Assembly: GCA_043825735.1 (NCBI GenBank)
Contig: JBDRRP010000068.1
Span: 1 to 64,000, forward strand
From: Pseudomonadota bacterium
GTDB lineage: Bacteria > Desulfobacterota > Desulfobacteria > Desulfobacterales > JBDRRP01
Direction: 5' to 3'
Length of the DNA stretch: 64,000 nt
Every line of letters begins with the position of its first letter. The stretch's first letter is position 1. The notes under the pieces are model-generated. The model did no database searches. It was not told where the DNA came from and saw only the letters and a program-made list of their open reading frames with translations. The translations under genes and the position numbers were made by a program. Of this stretch, positions 9,288 through 19,898 are shown piece by piece.

Positions 9288-10352
9288 ATGCCCCTTTTTA
9301 AGATCACACCAAGACAGGAGCAGCCATTATGGCGCTCCTGTCTTGTTTTCGGTGCTGCCATTGGGGTTTCCATCCTGCTCGGCGCACTCATGCTGCGCCT
9401 TCAGGGAAAGCCGCCGCTGACCGGTATGGTGCTGCTGTTCTCCGGCGCCTTTGGTTCCCTGTGGGCTATCGAGGACTGCCTCATCAAAGCCGTACCGATT
9501 TTTCTGTGTTCCCTCGGCGTGGGCATCGCCTTTCGCCTGCAAATATGGAACATCGGCGCCGAGGGGCAATTTGCACTGGGCGCGATCGGGGCCAGCGCGG
9601 TGGCGCTGGCGGCACCGGGGCACCCCTGGTGGCTCCTGCTTCCGGCGATGATGATCAGCGCCATGGCGACGGGGGGGCTATGGGGATTTATTCCGGCCGT
9701 GCTCAGAAACCGCATGGGCGCCAATGAAATCATCGTGACCTTGATGATGAACTACCTGGCCATCCTGTTTCTGGATTACCTTGTCTACGGCCCCTGGAAG
9801 GATTCCGGCAGTTTCGGGTTTCCAATGACCGCCGTGTTCTCCGATGGTGCCATTGTGGGAACCATCGGCGCCACCCGGCTTCCCTGGGGATTGGCCCTGT
9901 GCGCTGTGTCCGGCGCCGCCGTGTGGGTCTTCTTCCGTTTCACCCGCCTGGGATTCGAGCTGAAGGCCTGTGGCGAAAACCTCCGAACCGCCGGTTATGC
10001 GCGCCTGCCCTACCACGGCCTTGTGGTGCTGGTGATGGTGCTGAGCGGGGCCCTTGCCGGCAGCGCCGGATTCATAGAGGCCTCGGCCAATCTCAACCGT
10101 CTGCAGCCCAGCATCATGGTGGGCTACGGCTATACCGCCATCGTTGTGGCATGGCTCGCGCAGCTCAACCCCATCTTCACCGCCGTGGCCGCATTCATGC
10201 TGGCCGGCCTGCGGGTGGGCGTCGAAAACCTGCAACTCGATCTTCAGGTGCCCGCTGCCTTCGGCAAGATCCTCGAAGGCTTGATCCTGCTGTCCGTGCT
10301 GGCCTGCGGATTTTTTACCCGCTACCGTATCCGCTTTTCGAGGTGGCCATGA
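9288..10352 (+). CDS. ABC transporter permease (nucleoside/sugar family)
   Basis: Multiple TM segments; WNIGAEGQ, NEIIVTLMMNY, GYGYTAIVVAWLA. Confidence 0.9.
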   Translation: MPLFKITPRQEQPLWRSCLVFGAAIGVSILLGALMLRLQGKPPLTGMVLLFSGAFGSLWAIEDCLIKAVPIFLCSLGVGIAFRLQIWNIGAEGQFALGAIGASAVALAAPGHPWWLLLPAMMISAMATGGLWGFIPAVLRNRMGANEIIVTLMMNYLAILFLDYLVYGPWKDSGSFGFPMTAVFSDGAIVGTIGATRLPWGLALCAVSGAAVWVFFRFTRLGFELKACGENLRTAGYARLPYHGLVVLVMVLSGALAGSAGFIEASANLNRLQPSIMVGYGYTAIVVAWLAQLNPIFTAVAAFMLAGLRVGVENLQLDLQVPAAFGKILEGLILLSVLACGFFTRYRIRFSRWP

Positions 10353-11269
10353 ATATCACCTTTACGACCGCACTGCTGGCGGCTGCTGTCCAATCCGGCA
10401 CCCCCATCCTCTTTGCCACCCTGGGTGAAATCATCACCGAAAAAGGCGGCATCCTCAACCTCGGCGTCGAGGGAATGATGATGGTGGGCGCCCTGGCGGG
10501 TTTTCTCATGGCAAAAGCCACCGGCAATCCCACGGCCGCCTTCATGATGGGGGGACTCGCCGGGGCCGCCCTTGCCGGCGTTCACGGTCTGGTTTGTATC
10601 GGCTTTCAGGGAAATCAGGTGGTGAGTGGACTGGCCCTGACCATTTTGGGCACCGGCATGGCCGACTATATCGGCACCCCGTTCATCGGACAGTCGGTGG
10701 CCGGATTTCACGCCATCGCCCTGCCCGGGCTCTCAGCGATCCCGTTTTTAGGGCCCGTGTTTTTCCAGCAGGATCCGTTGGTCTACATTTCCTATCTGGC
10801 GCCCTTCACAATGCTGCTGTTTTTCAAATACACCCGGTGGGGGCTCCAGATGCGCGCCATCGGTGAATATCCGCCGGCCGCCATGGCCGCCGGCGTGCCG
10901 GTGCAGCGGCTGCGCTGGATCGCGGTGCTTGTCGGCGGTTTCCTGGTGGGATGTGGCGGTGCGTATCTGAGCCTTGCCTACACCCATCTGTGGACAAACG
11001 GCCTGTCCGCCGGTCGGGGATGGATTGCCGTGGCCTTAGTCATCTTCGCATTCTGGCAGCCTCTGCGCGCCCCGCTCGGGGCCTATTTATTCGGCGGCGT
11101 CATGGCCTTTCAACTCCGGCTGCAGGCTATGGGTACCCACATCCCTTCGTCATTGCTGCTGATGCTGCCCTATGCCCTGACCGTTATCGTGCTCGTGGTA
11201 TCGTCGCACCGGCTTAAGGGGTCCGGCGCGCCGGGGGCGCTGGGGGTGAACATCGAGCCGGCAGAATAA
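10349..11269 (+). CDS. ABC transporter permease (nucleoside/sugar family)
   Basis: LGEIITEKGGILNLGVEGMM, NQVVSGLAL, GRGWIAVALVIF. True start is ATG 10349 (ATGA overlap). Confidence 0.9.
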   Translation: MNITFTTALLAAAVQSGTPILFATLGEIITEKGGILNLGVEGMMMVGALAGFLMAKATGNPTAAFMMGGLAGAALAGVHGLVCIGFQGNQVVSGLALTILGTGMADYIGTPFIGQSVAGFHAIALPGLSAIPFLGPVFFQQDPLVYISYLAPFTMLLFFKYTRWGLQMRAIGEYPPAAMAAGVPVQRLRWIAVLVGGFLVGCGGAYLSLAYTHLWTNGLSAGRGWIAVALVIFAFWQPLRAPLGAYLFGGVMAFQLRLQAMGTHIPSSLLLMLPYALTVIVLVVSSHRLKGSGAPGALGVNIEPAE

Positions 11270-11397
11270 AAAAATCAGGGTTGCGCCTATACGGCTTATC
11301 CGCGACAAGGGTCTGAGGGGCTAAGGGTTCAAGTTAATGACCGCCTTAAAAAGCATAACCACCCGGAATAAATACAAAAAATTTACAGGAGGTTTTT

Positions 11398-11892
11398 ATG
11401 ACCCTTGAGCGAAGTCGCTACAGCAAGATGTATCCTATTTCCTGGGATCAACTGCATCGCGATGCCAAGGCACTGGCCTGGCGTCTGCTCGACCGGGACT
11501 ATTTTAAAGGCATCATCGCCGTTACTCGGGGCGGCCTCGTACCGGCCGCCATCGTGGCGCGCGAGCTGGACATCCGGGTGGTGGATACCGTCTGCATCTC
11601 AAGCTATCAGTGGCAGGATCAGCAGGGAGAAGTGGAGGTGCTCAAATCCGTCCAGATAGACGGCGATGGCTGGCTCATTATCGACGATCTCGTGGATACC
11701 GGACGCACTGCCAAAAGTGTCAGGAACATGCTGCCCAAAGCCCATTTTGCCTCGGTTTACGCCAAACCGGCCGGCAGGCCGCTGGTGGACACCTTTATCA
11801 CCGAAGTGAGCCAGGACACGTGGATCCTTTTTCCCTGGGACTCGGAATCGCAGTTCAGTCAGCCCATTGTTGGCCGAAAGCAGCCGCAGTGA
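11398..11892 (+). CDS. gpt: Xanthine-guanine phosphoribosyltransferase
   Basis: [21 protein letters not shown] motif [26 protein letters not shown]. Confidence 0.93.
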   Translation: MTLERSRYSKMYPISWDQLHRDAKALAWRLLDRDYFKGIIAVTRGGLVPAAIVARELDIRVVDTVCISSYQWQDQQGEVEVLKSVQIDGDGWLIIDDLVDTGRTAKSVRNMLPKAHFASVYAKPAGRPLVDTFITEVSQDTWILFPWDSESQFSQPIVGRKQPQ

Positions 11893-13403
11893 ACCCAGCG
11901 CCGCCCAGCATCCGCCTCACCGGCATCAGCAAGGCCTTCGGCAAGGTCCAGGCCAATCGCGATATCACTCTCGATATCGTCGCCGGGCAGATTCACGCCC
12001 TGCTCGGTGAGAACGGGGCCGGAAAAAGCACCCTCATGAGCATCCTTGCCGGCAGGATACAACCGGACCACGGACAGATATTCATTGACGATCTCCCAGT
12101 ATCTTTTGACTCGGCAAAGGATGCTATCGCCTCAGGTATCGGCATGGTCTATCAGCACTTCATGCTTGTAGAGGCGCTCACGGTCGCTGAGAACATTTTC
12201 CTCGGACAGGAACCAGGGGTGCTGCTGAACGGACAGGCCATGGACGATCGGATCCTTGCGCTCGGACAACGATATGGTCTCCAGGTTGACCCGAAAGCCC
12301 GAGTTTCGTGCCTTTCCATGGGTGAAAAACAGCGCGTGGAAATCCTGAAGCTGCTCCTTCGCGACAGTCGCGTGCTCGTCTTCGATGAACCGACAACGGT
12401 GCTCACACCGGTGGAGATCGATCAGCTTTTCATGGCTTTCAAGCAAATGGCCGCCATGGGCAAGGCCATTGTTTTCATCACCCATAAACTGGCCGAAGTC
12501 ATGAGCATCGCGGACCAGATCACCATCATTCGCCAGGGCCGGGTGGTGGATCATCTGCCGGCATCCGGCGTGCACTCAAAAGCAGATTTAGCCGAACGCA
12601 TGGTCGGCCGTGAGGTGCTGTTGCAGGTGGACCGCCTTCCCATGGAACCGCGTCAGAGAGTGCTTCGTATCAGCGGCCTTTGCGATGACGTGCTCCAGGA
12701 TATCCACCTGGACCTGCGCCAGGGTGAAATCCTTGCCATCGTCGGCGTTGCCGGCAACGGCCAGAAAAACCTGGTCGAAATTGTCTGCGGCCTCAGTGCC
12801 CCCGTAACCGGCAGCGTGAGTATTCTCGGCGATCCCTGGGATCGGTTTTTCAAAGAACGCCCCATGGCGGGCAAACTCAGCTATATCCCCGAAGACCGAC
12901 TTGGACTGGCGACCTGCCCGGGTCTCGATCTCGTCGACAATTTTCTGCTTACCACACGCCACGACTTCGCCGCCGGCCCTTGGCTCCGCCGCCGCCCGGC
13001 CGATAAAAAAATCGCTCAGCTCATCGATACCTTTGGAATTCATCCGCCCAACCGATACGCACTGGCGCGCCAATTGTCCGGCGGAAATCTTCAAAAACTC
13101 GTTCTTGCCCGCGAGTTCTACCGCGCCCCTCGACTGATCGTTGCCGAGCAACCCACCCAGGGACTCGACATCGGCGCCACCGAAGAAGTTTGGCACCAAT
13201 TGCTCAAAGCGCGTGACAGCGCGGGCGTTTTGCTCATCACCGGAGACCTCAATGAAGCACTGAGTCTCGCCGATCGCATCGTCGTTATGTACCGCGGACG
13301 CATCATGGGAGAATTCAACTCACAACTGCCCGATGTGGTCGAACAAATCGGCCCCCTCATGGCTGGCATTGAAGATCCGCCCATTACCGCAATCGCCCAA
13401 TGA
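11889..13403 (+). CDS. ABC transporter ATP-binding protein (tandem-domain sugar/nucleoside type)
   Basis: [36 protein letters not shown] start overlaps the gpt stop. Confidence 0.92.
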   Translation: MNPAPPSIRLTGISKAFGKVQANRDITLDIVAGQIHALLGENGAGKSTLMSILAGRIQPDHGQIFIDDLPVSFDSAKDAIASGIGMVYQHFMLVEALTVAENIFLGQEPGVLLNGQAMDDRILALGQRYGLQVDPKARVSCLSMGEKQRVEILKLLLRDSRVLVFDEPTTVLTPVEIDQLFMAFKQMAAMGKAIVFITHKLAEVMSIADQITIIRQGRVVDHLPASGVHSKADLAERMVGREVLLQVDRLPMEPRQRVLRISGLCDDVLQDIHLDLRQGEILAIVGVAGNGQKNLVEIVCGLSAPVTGSVSILGDPWDRFFKERPMAGKLSYIPEDRLGLATCPGLDLVDNFLLTTRHDFAAGPWLRRRPADKKIAQLIDTFGIHPPNRYALARQLSGGNLQKLVLAREFYRAPRLIVAEQPTQGLDIGATEEVWHQLLKARDSAGVLLITGDLNEALSLADRIVVMYRGRIMGEFNSQLPDVVEQIGPLMAGIEDPPITAIAQ

Positions 13404-13626
13404 TCTCGCGTCGCCCGGATTGTTTCCGCTGCTCCGGCCCCGACTTCCTGCCGGTGTGCTTCGCGTCACCGCTGGAGCTTGATCAAATTATCTGTTATGA
13501 GGGGCTATCTCACCGCCCTGCCCGCCCTGAAGGGGAGGAGAGCCGTTTGCGCGCGTGTCAGCCTGCCCGGTGTTACCGCGTGCCCTGAAACCCTATATGT
13601 TGCCAACGGAAAAAGGGGGTTTACCC

Positions 13627-14451
13627 ATGGTCTGGAAATGCACGGTCTGCGGTTATGTTCACAAAGAATCGGATCCACCGGCGAGCTGCCCGGTATGCGG
13701 CGCTGACCGCAGCCTTTTTATCGAAATCGACGGGAACAACTTGCCGGTGGGTGACCTCAAGGCCGACGCACCGGTTCTTTCGGAAAAGCCCGCCCCTGCG
13801 TCCGTCGCTGTCGACATTTCTGCCCGGCGCTGGAAATGCACCGTTTGCGGATACATACACACCGGTCCCGAACCGCCGGAAAAGTGTCCCGTCTGCGGGG
13901 CCGACCGCAGTAAGTTCGTTGAATTGACAGCCGAATCCCCTGAGCTCTCCTCGCCGGCCCCAACGGAGCAAGTGCAGTCACCGGAGGCTGACCCGGCACC
14001 CGCTCGACGCTATTACGACATGATCACCGATCTCATGGTCCGCCAGCACGCACATCCCATTTCAGTGCACATCCCAAACGGGGTGGCCCCTGTGGGCGTC
14101 GTGTTTCTTTTTCTGGCCGTGGTGTTTGGATCTCCCAGCCTGGAGCTGGCGGCAACCTTCAATATGGCAGTGGTTCTGCTTGCCATGCCCTTTGTTCTTT
14201 TCTCCGGTATCAACGACTGGAAAAAGCGCTTTGGCGGCAACATGACCAGCGTGTTTCTCACCAAAATGATCTGTGGCGGCATCATCAGCGGCCTGCTGCT
14301 TATTTTAGTGCTCTGGCGCGTCATCGATCCCGCCATTGCCAGCACACCTGGCCCGATGAGGACACTGTACCTGTTTCTCTACGTACTCGTCATTGCAGCT
14401 GCGGCACTGGCTGGATACATGGGCGGCAAACTGGTCTTTCCACAACGCTGA
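13627..14451 (+). CDS. Two rubredoxin-like domains fused to a 4-TM membrane domain (DUF2231-like)
   Basis: [14 protein letters not shown] occurs twice, followed by [12 protein letters not shown] and four hydrophobic helices ending GYMGGKLVF. Confidence 0.8.
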   Translation: MVWKCTVCGYVHKESDPPASCPVCGADRSLFIEIDGNNLPVGDLKADAPVLSEKPAPASVAVDISARRWKCTVCGYIHTGPEPPEKCPVCGADRSKFVELTAESPELSSPAPTEQVQSPEADPAPARRYYDMITDLMVRQHAHPISVHIPNGVAPVGVVFLFLAVVFGSPSLELAATFNMAVVLLAMPFVLFSGINDWKKRFGGNMTSVFLTKMICGGIISGLLLILVLWRVIDPAIASTPGPMRTLYLFLYVLVIAAAALAGYMGGKLVFPQR

Positions 14452-14467
14452 CCCCCACAAAAATTCT

Positions 14468-14499
14468 AAAGCCCGCCGGTTGCACCGGTGGGCTTTTTT
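14468..14499 (+). terminator. Rho-independent terminator
   Basis: AAAGCCCGCCGGT-TGC-ACCGGTGGGCTTTTTT just after the stop at 14451. Confidence 0.8.
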
Positions 14500-14720
14500 A
14501 TGCACTGATCGCGAAAAAACAGACATATTGTATCAAAAACCGATTTTGCCACAACATATGGTGGATAGTGCCCTCGCAAAGCCTTGATCAGAGCGGGTTT
14601 GCGAGCCGACCTCGCCATTTCTCCAAAATCGGGCGATCGACGCGCCCCCCATACCCGAGGCAGTCCCCAGGAATCGACGCCATACGGCGCCACATAGGGC
14701 GCCGAACCCTGATTTTCCCA

Positions 14721-15089
14721 TTATTCGTCGACTTCACCAGGGATATGGCCCTCGCGGATCAGTAAATCGCGATACCAAATGGAAAACTCGAACATCCCAC
14801 GATAGCGATCATCGCTGTTGATGATACCGTGGCAGATATCGAACACCCCCTGCCCGTAACTGGTTGAGTAGGTTTTCATTTCACTGGCTTGTAGGAACTC
14901 CCGGACCAGCATTTGAGTCGTTCGCTTGGTCCGGTCGGTGCGGATATCAATGGGGTCTTTGGGTTCCTGGAATGGATCCCATCGATCATACCCAATCCGG
15001 TTCAGTATGTGTCGCTGCCGGCGCGGTGACATGGCATCGAAAATGGCCTGCTTTCGCTGGGCCTCCTCTTCCCGGGAAATGTTACTCAT
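14721..15089 (-). CDS. Hypothetical protein
   Basis: GGAGA RBS; start overlaps the stop of the upstream YkgJ gene; GYDRWDPFQEPKDPIDIR segment. Confidence 0.7.
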   Translation of the reverse strand: MSNISREEEAQRKQAIFDAMSPRRQRHILNRIGYDRWDPFQEPKDPIDIRTDRTKRTTQMLVREFLQASEMKTYSTSYGQGVFDICHGIINSDDRYRGMFEFSIWYRDLLIREGHIPGEVDE

Positions 15090-15771
15090 TACCATCTCCT
15101 TTTTGAGCCGCCCCATCCGCAGCAGTCGAAAGTCCCAGAAAATCGTCATCCATGCTTGTCAACAGCGCCATGGACAACGGCATGAGAATGTCCGCCATGT
15201 TGATGTGTTTGGACTTCATATCCTGAACTACCGCAGCACTCAGGGCAAATAACCGGTTCTGAATTTCCTCCAGATTAACTGTCGGATATGGCTCCCCCGG
15301 CTGAAAACCCGATAATCCGCAGGTCCGACCTTTTCCGCCAATAGCGGTCGGAATGCCATAAAGACGGCAGGTAATGGGACGGTGATCGTAGAGGTCGCAA
15401 AGATTTTTTTCATTAAGCAAGGGGCATCGCACCCGCTCAACCGCCAAGGCCTCCAATACGGCAGCCTCCGATTGGCCGTCCTGGACGTCCTTTGCCGCCT
15501 TCCGCTTAAGTTTGTATACTCGGCGGTCTGCCGCATTGGCCTTTTCAATAATCCGCTCCCGCGCTTCACCGGAAAACCGGTTATTGAATCGGTGGTTGAT
15601 ATACAGCGCTTCGATGAGCGTCAGATCAAAAACGGCATGGCAGCAATCCGAGCACTCGCTTTTGCAGGTGACACAATCGGGGTGCTGGCTCCGAACCCGC
15701 TCGAAAACCTGATCCATTTGTTCTGAAAGCTGTTCATATTTGCCGAAATAGGGGGTCAAATCAAATTCCAT
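15082..15771 (-). CDS. YkgJ-family cysteine cluster (CxxCxxCC) protein
   Basis: CKSECSDCC, CPLL....CDLYDHRPITCRLYG motifs; GAGG RBS. Confidence 0.85.
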   Translation of the reverse strand: MEFDLTPYFGKYEQLSEQMDQVFERVRSQHPDCVTCKSECSDCCHAVFDLTLIEALYINHRFNNRFSGEARERIIEKANAADRRVYKLKRKAAKDVQDGQSEAAVLEALAVERVRCPLLNEKNLCDLYDHRPITCRLYGIPTAIGGKGRTCGLSGFQPGEPYPTVNLEEIQNRLFALSAAVVQDMKSKHINMADILMPLSMALLTSMDDDFLGLSTAADGAAQKGDGNE

Positions 15772-15847
15772 GAAATACCTCTCGTCTTTCTCTCGAACCG
15801 GGGCGGAGACGCCGTCCCGCGGTTGGGGGGAGTGGCGCGCCAGTCAA

Positions 15848-15863
15848 TGTTTCACGTGAAACA
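15848..15863. promoter_or_regulatory. parS: parS centromere-like site (ParB/Spo0J binding)
   Basis: Exact match to the consensus palindrome TGTTTCACGTGAAACA, abutting the mnmE stop codon. Confidence 0.9.
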
Positions 15864-17261
15864 CTACTTACCGATGCAAAATCTCGAAAAAACGGTATCC
15901 AGAATATCCTCGGACGCCGTGGTACCGAGAATCATATTGATGTGCGCGACAGCGCTGTCCATCTCCATCGCCACGAGTTCATCCTCGCCTTGTCGTCCCA
16001 GGATGTCAATGGCGCGATCAACGGCGCTGGCGGCTTCCATCAGATGGCGCACCTGCCGTTGATTGGGCATGACATCGTTATCCTCATCATCGCCCTGGCC
16101 CCAGGTCAACACATCCACGATCACCCTTTTGAGCGCGCCTATCCCATCGCCATACTTGGCTGATATGACCACCACCGGAACTTCTTCACGATCGGGCATC
16201 ATGCACGGGATGTCGTGGGCCTCGGTGAGGTCCATCTTGTTTCGGACCAGTATCAGTGGCAGATCGTTCAATGTTAATAAATTGTCGATGTCATCCGGGT
16301 GCAACGCGCTTCCGGCCTCTACGAGAAACAGCACCAGTTGAGCGGTCGATATCGCTTCCTGCGTTTTTTGAATGCCAATGGCTTCGATGGGGTCGGGTGT
16401 CTTGCGGAGTCCTGCGGTGTCGACAAGAACAACCGGTATCCCTTCAATGCTTGTGGCGTCGGTGATCGCATCCCGTGTCGTTCCCGGGACATCGGAAACG
16501 ATTACGCGCTCCCGATCAAGAAGCCGATTCATCAGGCTCGATTTGCCGACGTTGGGTCGTCCCACCACGGCGATACGCGCGCCCTCTCGAAGAACCTGGC
16601 CCACATGGTGGTGTTCGATGAACGCTCTCAGGGGTTTCAGAACATCCTGCTCAAGCCGGGACGCGATGATCGCGGTATGGCTGCCGTCATCTCCCACATC
16701 CTCAGGAAAGTCGATACTGGCGGCAACCCAGGCATAAGCATCTTTAAGGACGCTCAGTATTCCTTCCACCCGAGTCTTAAACTCCCCCCCCAGCTGGCGG
16801 TTGGCCATGCGAGCGGCGCGTTCTGTTTTGGCATTAATGAGATCGACAACGGCCTCTGCCTGGGTAAGATCCATTCTGCCGTTTAAAAATCCTCTTCTCG
16901 TGAACTCTCCCGGCGCGGCCATGCGCGCCCCGCTGTCCAAAACGAGCCCTAAGATACGGCGAATGACGACAGGCCCGCCATGGGAATTGATTTCCACCAC
17001 GTCCTCCCCGGTGTAACTGTGAGGACCCGCCATCCATGAGACAAGAACTTCGTCGACGACACTGCCGTCATCGCAGTTTATGATCACACCATGCACAAGG
17101 TGATGAGAAACCGTCGGTTTCTCAGTTCCCGAGGGGCGGAAAAGTCTGTCGCGAATCTTCCGGGCGGATGGTCCGGAAATCTTGACGATACCAATCCCTC
17201 CCAGGCCGGAGGGGGTGGCAATGGCCGCAATGGTATCATTATCCAGGAAGGTTCCAGTCAC
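15864..17261 (-). CDS. mnmE: tRNA modification GTPase MnmE
   Basis: DTIAAIATP, SYTGEDVVEI..HGG, GEFTRRGFLNGRMDL, GRPNVGKSS, GTTRD, DTAG, C-terminal FCIGK. Confidence 0.97.
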   Translation of the reverse strand: MTGTFLDNDTIAAIATPSGLGGIGIVKISGPSARKIRDRLFRPSGTEKPTVSHHLVHGVIINCDDGSVVDEVLVSWMAGPHSYTGEDVVEINSHGGPVVIRRILGLVLDSGARMAAPGEFTRRGFLNGRMDLTQAEAVVDLINAKTERAARMANRQLGGEFKTRVEGILSVLKDAYAWVAASIDFPEDVGDDGSHTAIIASRLEQDVLKPLRAFIEHHHVGQVLREGARIAVVGRPNVGKSSLMNRLLDRERVIVSDVPGTTRDAITDATSIEGIPVVLVDTAGLRKTPDPIEAIGIQKTQEAISTAQLVLFLVEAGSALHPDDIDNLLTLNDLPLILVRNKMDLTEAHDIPCMMPDREEVPVVVISAKYGDGIGALKRVIVDVLTWGQGDDEDNDVMPNQRQVRHLMEAASAVDRAIDILGRQGEDELVAMEMDSAVAHINMILGTTASEDILDTVFSRFCIGK

Positions 17262-17291
17262 GTTAACTGTATTGATGCGCCGGTTGCTTGA

Positions 17292-18143
17292 TCATCGCTG
17301 TTGAGACGCCAGATGCTGGCCGCGTCGGCGACGTTGCTGGGTGCTCTTGGGGTAAATGACAAGCTTTCTGAAGTGCCCCTCGCCGACGCTCTGAGTACGC
17401 ACACTGGCGTCATCTTTCAAGGCGAGATGGATGATGCGCCGGTCATGGGCGTTCATTTGTCCGATCGTGGTCGGGCGCCCTTTCTGCTTGGCCTTTTCAG
17501 CCATGCGGCCGGCGAGCTGCTGAAGATTGTTCCTGCGACTCTCCAAATACCCTTCAACATCCACAAGAACGCGAACCCTGTCGTCACGCCCCTTGTTAAT
17601 GATTTTTTCAACCAGATATTGAATGGCTTCCAGGGTCTGGCCGCGTTTTCCGATGAGCGCACCGGAATTGCCGCCCACGAGGTTGAGAACGACCCGTCCA
17701 TTGATGCATTCATCCATGACGTCAATGTCGTCGGAGATGGCGCCGGCGATAGTTTTTACCGCCGTGCGGCACTGCGAGATGATATCCGGTGTAATTTCAG
17801 CGTTAGGAACGGGCTGCCACTGTGGGGGGTTTTCCTCTGATGTGAAAAAGCGCGCGTCTTCGCTATCGTCCGGAGTCAATGACACGCTGTCTCTGATACT
17901 GACTCGCTTCTCCGCGGCTTTTCGTGAGCCGCCTTTCCGAAAGGCATTTTTCGCTGAAGGGGCGGCGATGGGCTGAGAGATCCGGATGCGTGCTTTTTTA
18001 ACACCAACCAGGCCGAAGATACCGGTGGATCCGTGAGAAAGAATGTCGTAGTTGATGCTATCCACCGACAGACCCAGCGCTTCCCCAGCGCGCCTGAGTG
18101 CATCCTTGACGTTTTTTCCTTCATATTCCACGTCAGCTGTCAT
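17292..18143 (-). CDS. jag: Jag/KhpB (EloR) RNA-binding protein (Jag_N, KH, R3H)
   Basis: GSTGIFGLVG, LIGKRGQTLEAIQY, MNAHDRRIIH. GGAGG RBS before ATG 18143. Confidence 0.92.
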   Translation of the reverse strand: MTADVEYEGKNVKDALRRAGEALGLSVDSINYDILSHGSTGIFGLVGVKKARIRISQPIAAPSAKNAFRKGGSRKAAEKRVSIRDSVSLTPDDSEDARFFTSEENPPQWQPVPNAEITPDIISQCRTAVKTIAGAISDDIDVMDECINGRVVLNLVGGNSGALIGKRGQTLEAIQYLVEKIINKGRDDRVRVLVDVEGYLESRRNNLQQLAGRMAEKAKQKGRPTTIGQMNAHDRRIIHLALKDDASVRTQSVGEGHFRKLVIYPKSTQQRRRRGQHLASQQR

Positions 18144-18157
18144 GATGACCTCCGTCA

Positions 18158-19813
18158 CTAGGCGTATTTCTTCTGCACATGATACTGCTGGGCGATGGAC
18201 AGAACGTTGTTCACAAGCCAGTATAGGACGAGACCGGATGAGAAATTGATGAATATGAATGTGAAAATAATGGGCATAAACATCATCATTTTGGCCTGGG
18301 TCGGATCTCCCGGAGGGGGCGACATTTTCTGCTGGAGGAACATGGTGGCACCCATGACCAGTGTCAGGACGGGGATGCCGTAAGGGGGTTCCATGAAGGG
18401 AATGCTGAAACCAAAATTAAACAGTCGATCCGGAGCCGATAAGTCTGTGATCCAGCCAAAGAAGGGTGCATGACGCAATTCAATGGCCTCGTAGAGCATC
18501 CGGTACAGGGCAAAAAAGACGGGAATCTGCAATATCATGGGCAAACACCCGCCCATTGGATTGATCTTGTAAACCTTATACAGATTCATGAGCTCTTCGT
18601 TTTGCTTCTTTTTGTCGTTCTTGTTCTTTTCACGGATTTCAGCCATGAGCGGCTGCATTTTTTTCATCTGACTCATGGACTTGTAACTCTTGTTGCCCAG
18701 AGGCCATAAAACGATTTTGATAAGGATGGTCATTACGATGATGGCAATCCCGTAATTGGGAACGATGCCGTAAAAGAAATTCATCAGAGCAAGGCAGGGC
18801 TTGGCGAGAATATCGAACATGCCGAAATTGACGGCGCGCTCCATTTCATGCCCCACGCTTTTCAGAATGTCGGTGCTCTTCGGGCCGAAAAACGCTTGAT
18901 GCTTGAAGGTCGCGCTCTGCCCACTGGCAATGGCCGTTCGCGGATGAATGAGCCGGCTGACGAGCAGTCCGTCTTCCGCGGCGCTGAGTTTCATCTGGCT
19001 GTCTTTGCCACTTTCGGGGATTAAGGCAGACATGAAGTACTGGTTCTGGACAGCGATCCATCCGACGTTGCCTTCATAAAGATCTTTGTCTGCGATTTTC
19101 TTGACCTCGATCTGCTCGAAATTGCCGTCGACAAGAACACATGGTCCCTGGAACCCGTATGCGTTTTGTTTCAATGATGTCCGGGTTTCGATAGCGATGC
19201 CAAGGCGCCCGTCGACAGAACCCGCAGAACGGTTATTCACCACCACGTCCATGCCGAACGCGTATTTTTCCGGATCGAAATGAAACCGTTTTTCGATAAC
19301 GACACCGGAGGGGCTCGTCCATACGAAAGCGATGGTCGTCGGAGCGCTGATGGTCACATTCTCCTGATCGGTCTGAGCCCGGTATACAGCACTGGAAAGC
19401 GCTGCGGTGTCGATGCCACTGCCGTCAAACAACAGCGACAGTGTCCCCTCTTCTGAAACCGACTTGACCACATCGAGCAATGGTGAATCTTTATCGTTGG
19501 TCTCGCGATAGTTATCCAACTCAAAATGCCGTATGATTGCGCCGCGCTCATCGATTACCGCGGTATAGTATTTTGTTTTAACGATTATTTTTCTTGTATC
19601 GGGCTCCTGGGTCGCTGCGGCTTCGGTCACCGCCGTTGGTGGGTAAGATGAATTTTCAGCAACCGCGTCCGATGGCGTCTTTACGATTTCTTCCACCGTG
19701 GCGGCCGATTGGGGCGCCGGTTTAGTAACCTCTTTGTCGACGAAAAACGTCTCCCATAGAAAAAAAACAAGAAATGAGAGCGCAATGGCAATGAACACAC
19801 GGGCTTGTTCCAT
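18158..19813 (-). CDS. yidC: Membrane protein insertase YidC
   Basis: N-terminal TM, periplasmic domain, NYGIAII, NPMGGCLP, LYWLVNN. Confidence 0.97.
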   Translation of the reverse strand: MEQARVFIAIALSFLVFFLWETFFVDKEVTKPAPQSAATVEEIVKTPSDAVAENSSYPPTAVTEAAATQEPDTRKIIVKTKYYTAVIDERGAIIRHFELDNYRETNDKDSPLLDVVKSVSEEGTLSLLFDGSGIDTAALSSAVYRAQTDQENVTISAPTTIAFVWTSPSGVVIEKRFHFDPEKYAFGMDVVVNNRSAGSVDGRLGIAIETRTSLKQNAYGFQGPCVLVDGNFEQIEVKKIADKDLYEGNVGWIAVQNQYFMSALIPESGKDSQMKLSAAEDGLLVSRLIHPRTAIASGQSATFKHQAFFGPKSTDILKSVGHEMERAVNFGMFDILAKPCLALMNFFYGIVPNYGIAIIVMTILIKIVLWPLGNKSYKSMSQMKKMQPLMAEIREKNKNDKKKQNEELMNLYKVYKINPMGGCLPMILQIPVFFALYRMLYEAIELRHAPFFGWITDLSAPDRLFNFGFSIPFMEPPYGIPVLTLVMGATMFLQQKMSPPPGDPTQAKMMMFMPIIFTFIFINFSSGLVLYWLVNNVLSIAQQYHVQKKYA

Positions 19814-19898
19814 AGTATTCTCCTACGATCAGTCTGAACCGGTCAGCGCGGAACAGCGGGCATTATCGTCGCTGTCACTAAATGGGGCCACATCATCG

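Noticed and set aside
11270..11397. Purine riboswitch upstream of gpt
   Set aside because: The conserved purine aptamer core (UAUAA..GAUAUGG..GUUUCUACC..CCGUAAA) is not present.
14565..14705. Another family A element or ncRNA (begins TAGTGCCC)
   Set aside because: Only about 7 nt of terminal complementarity and none of the conserved internal motifs.
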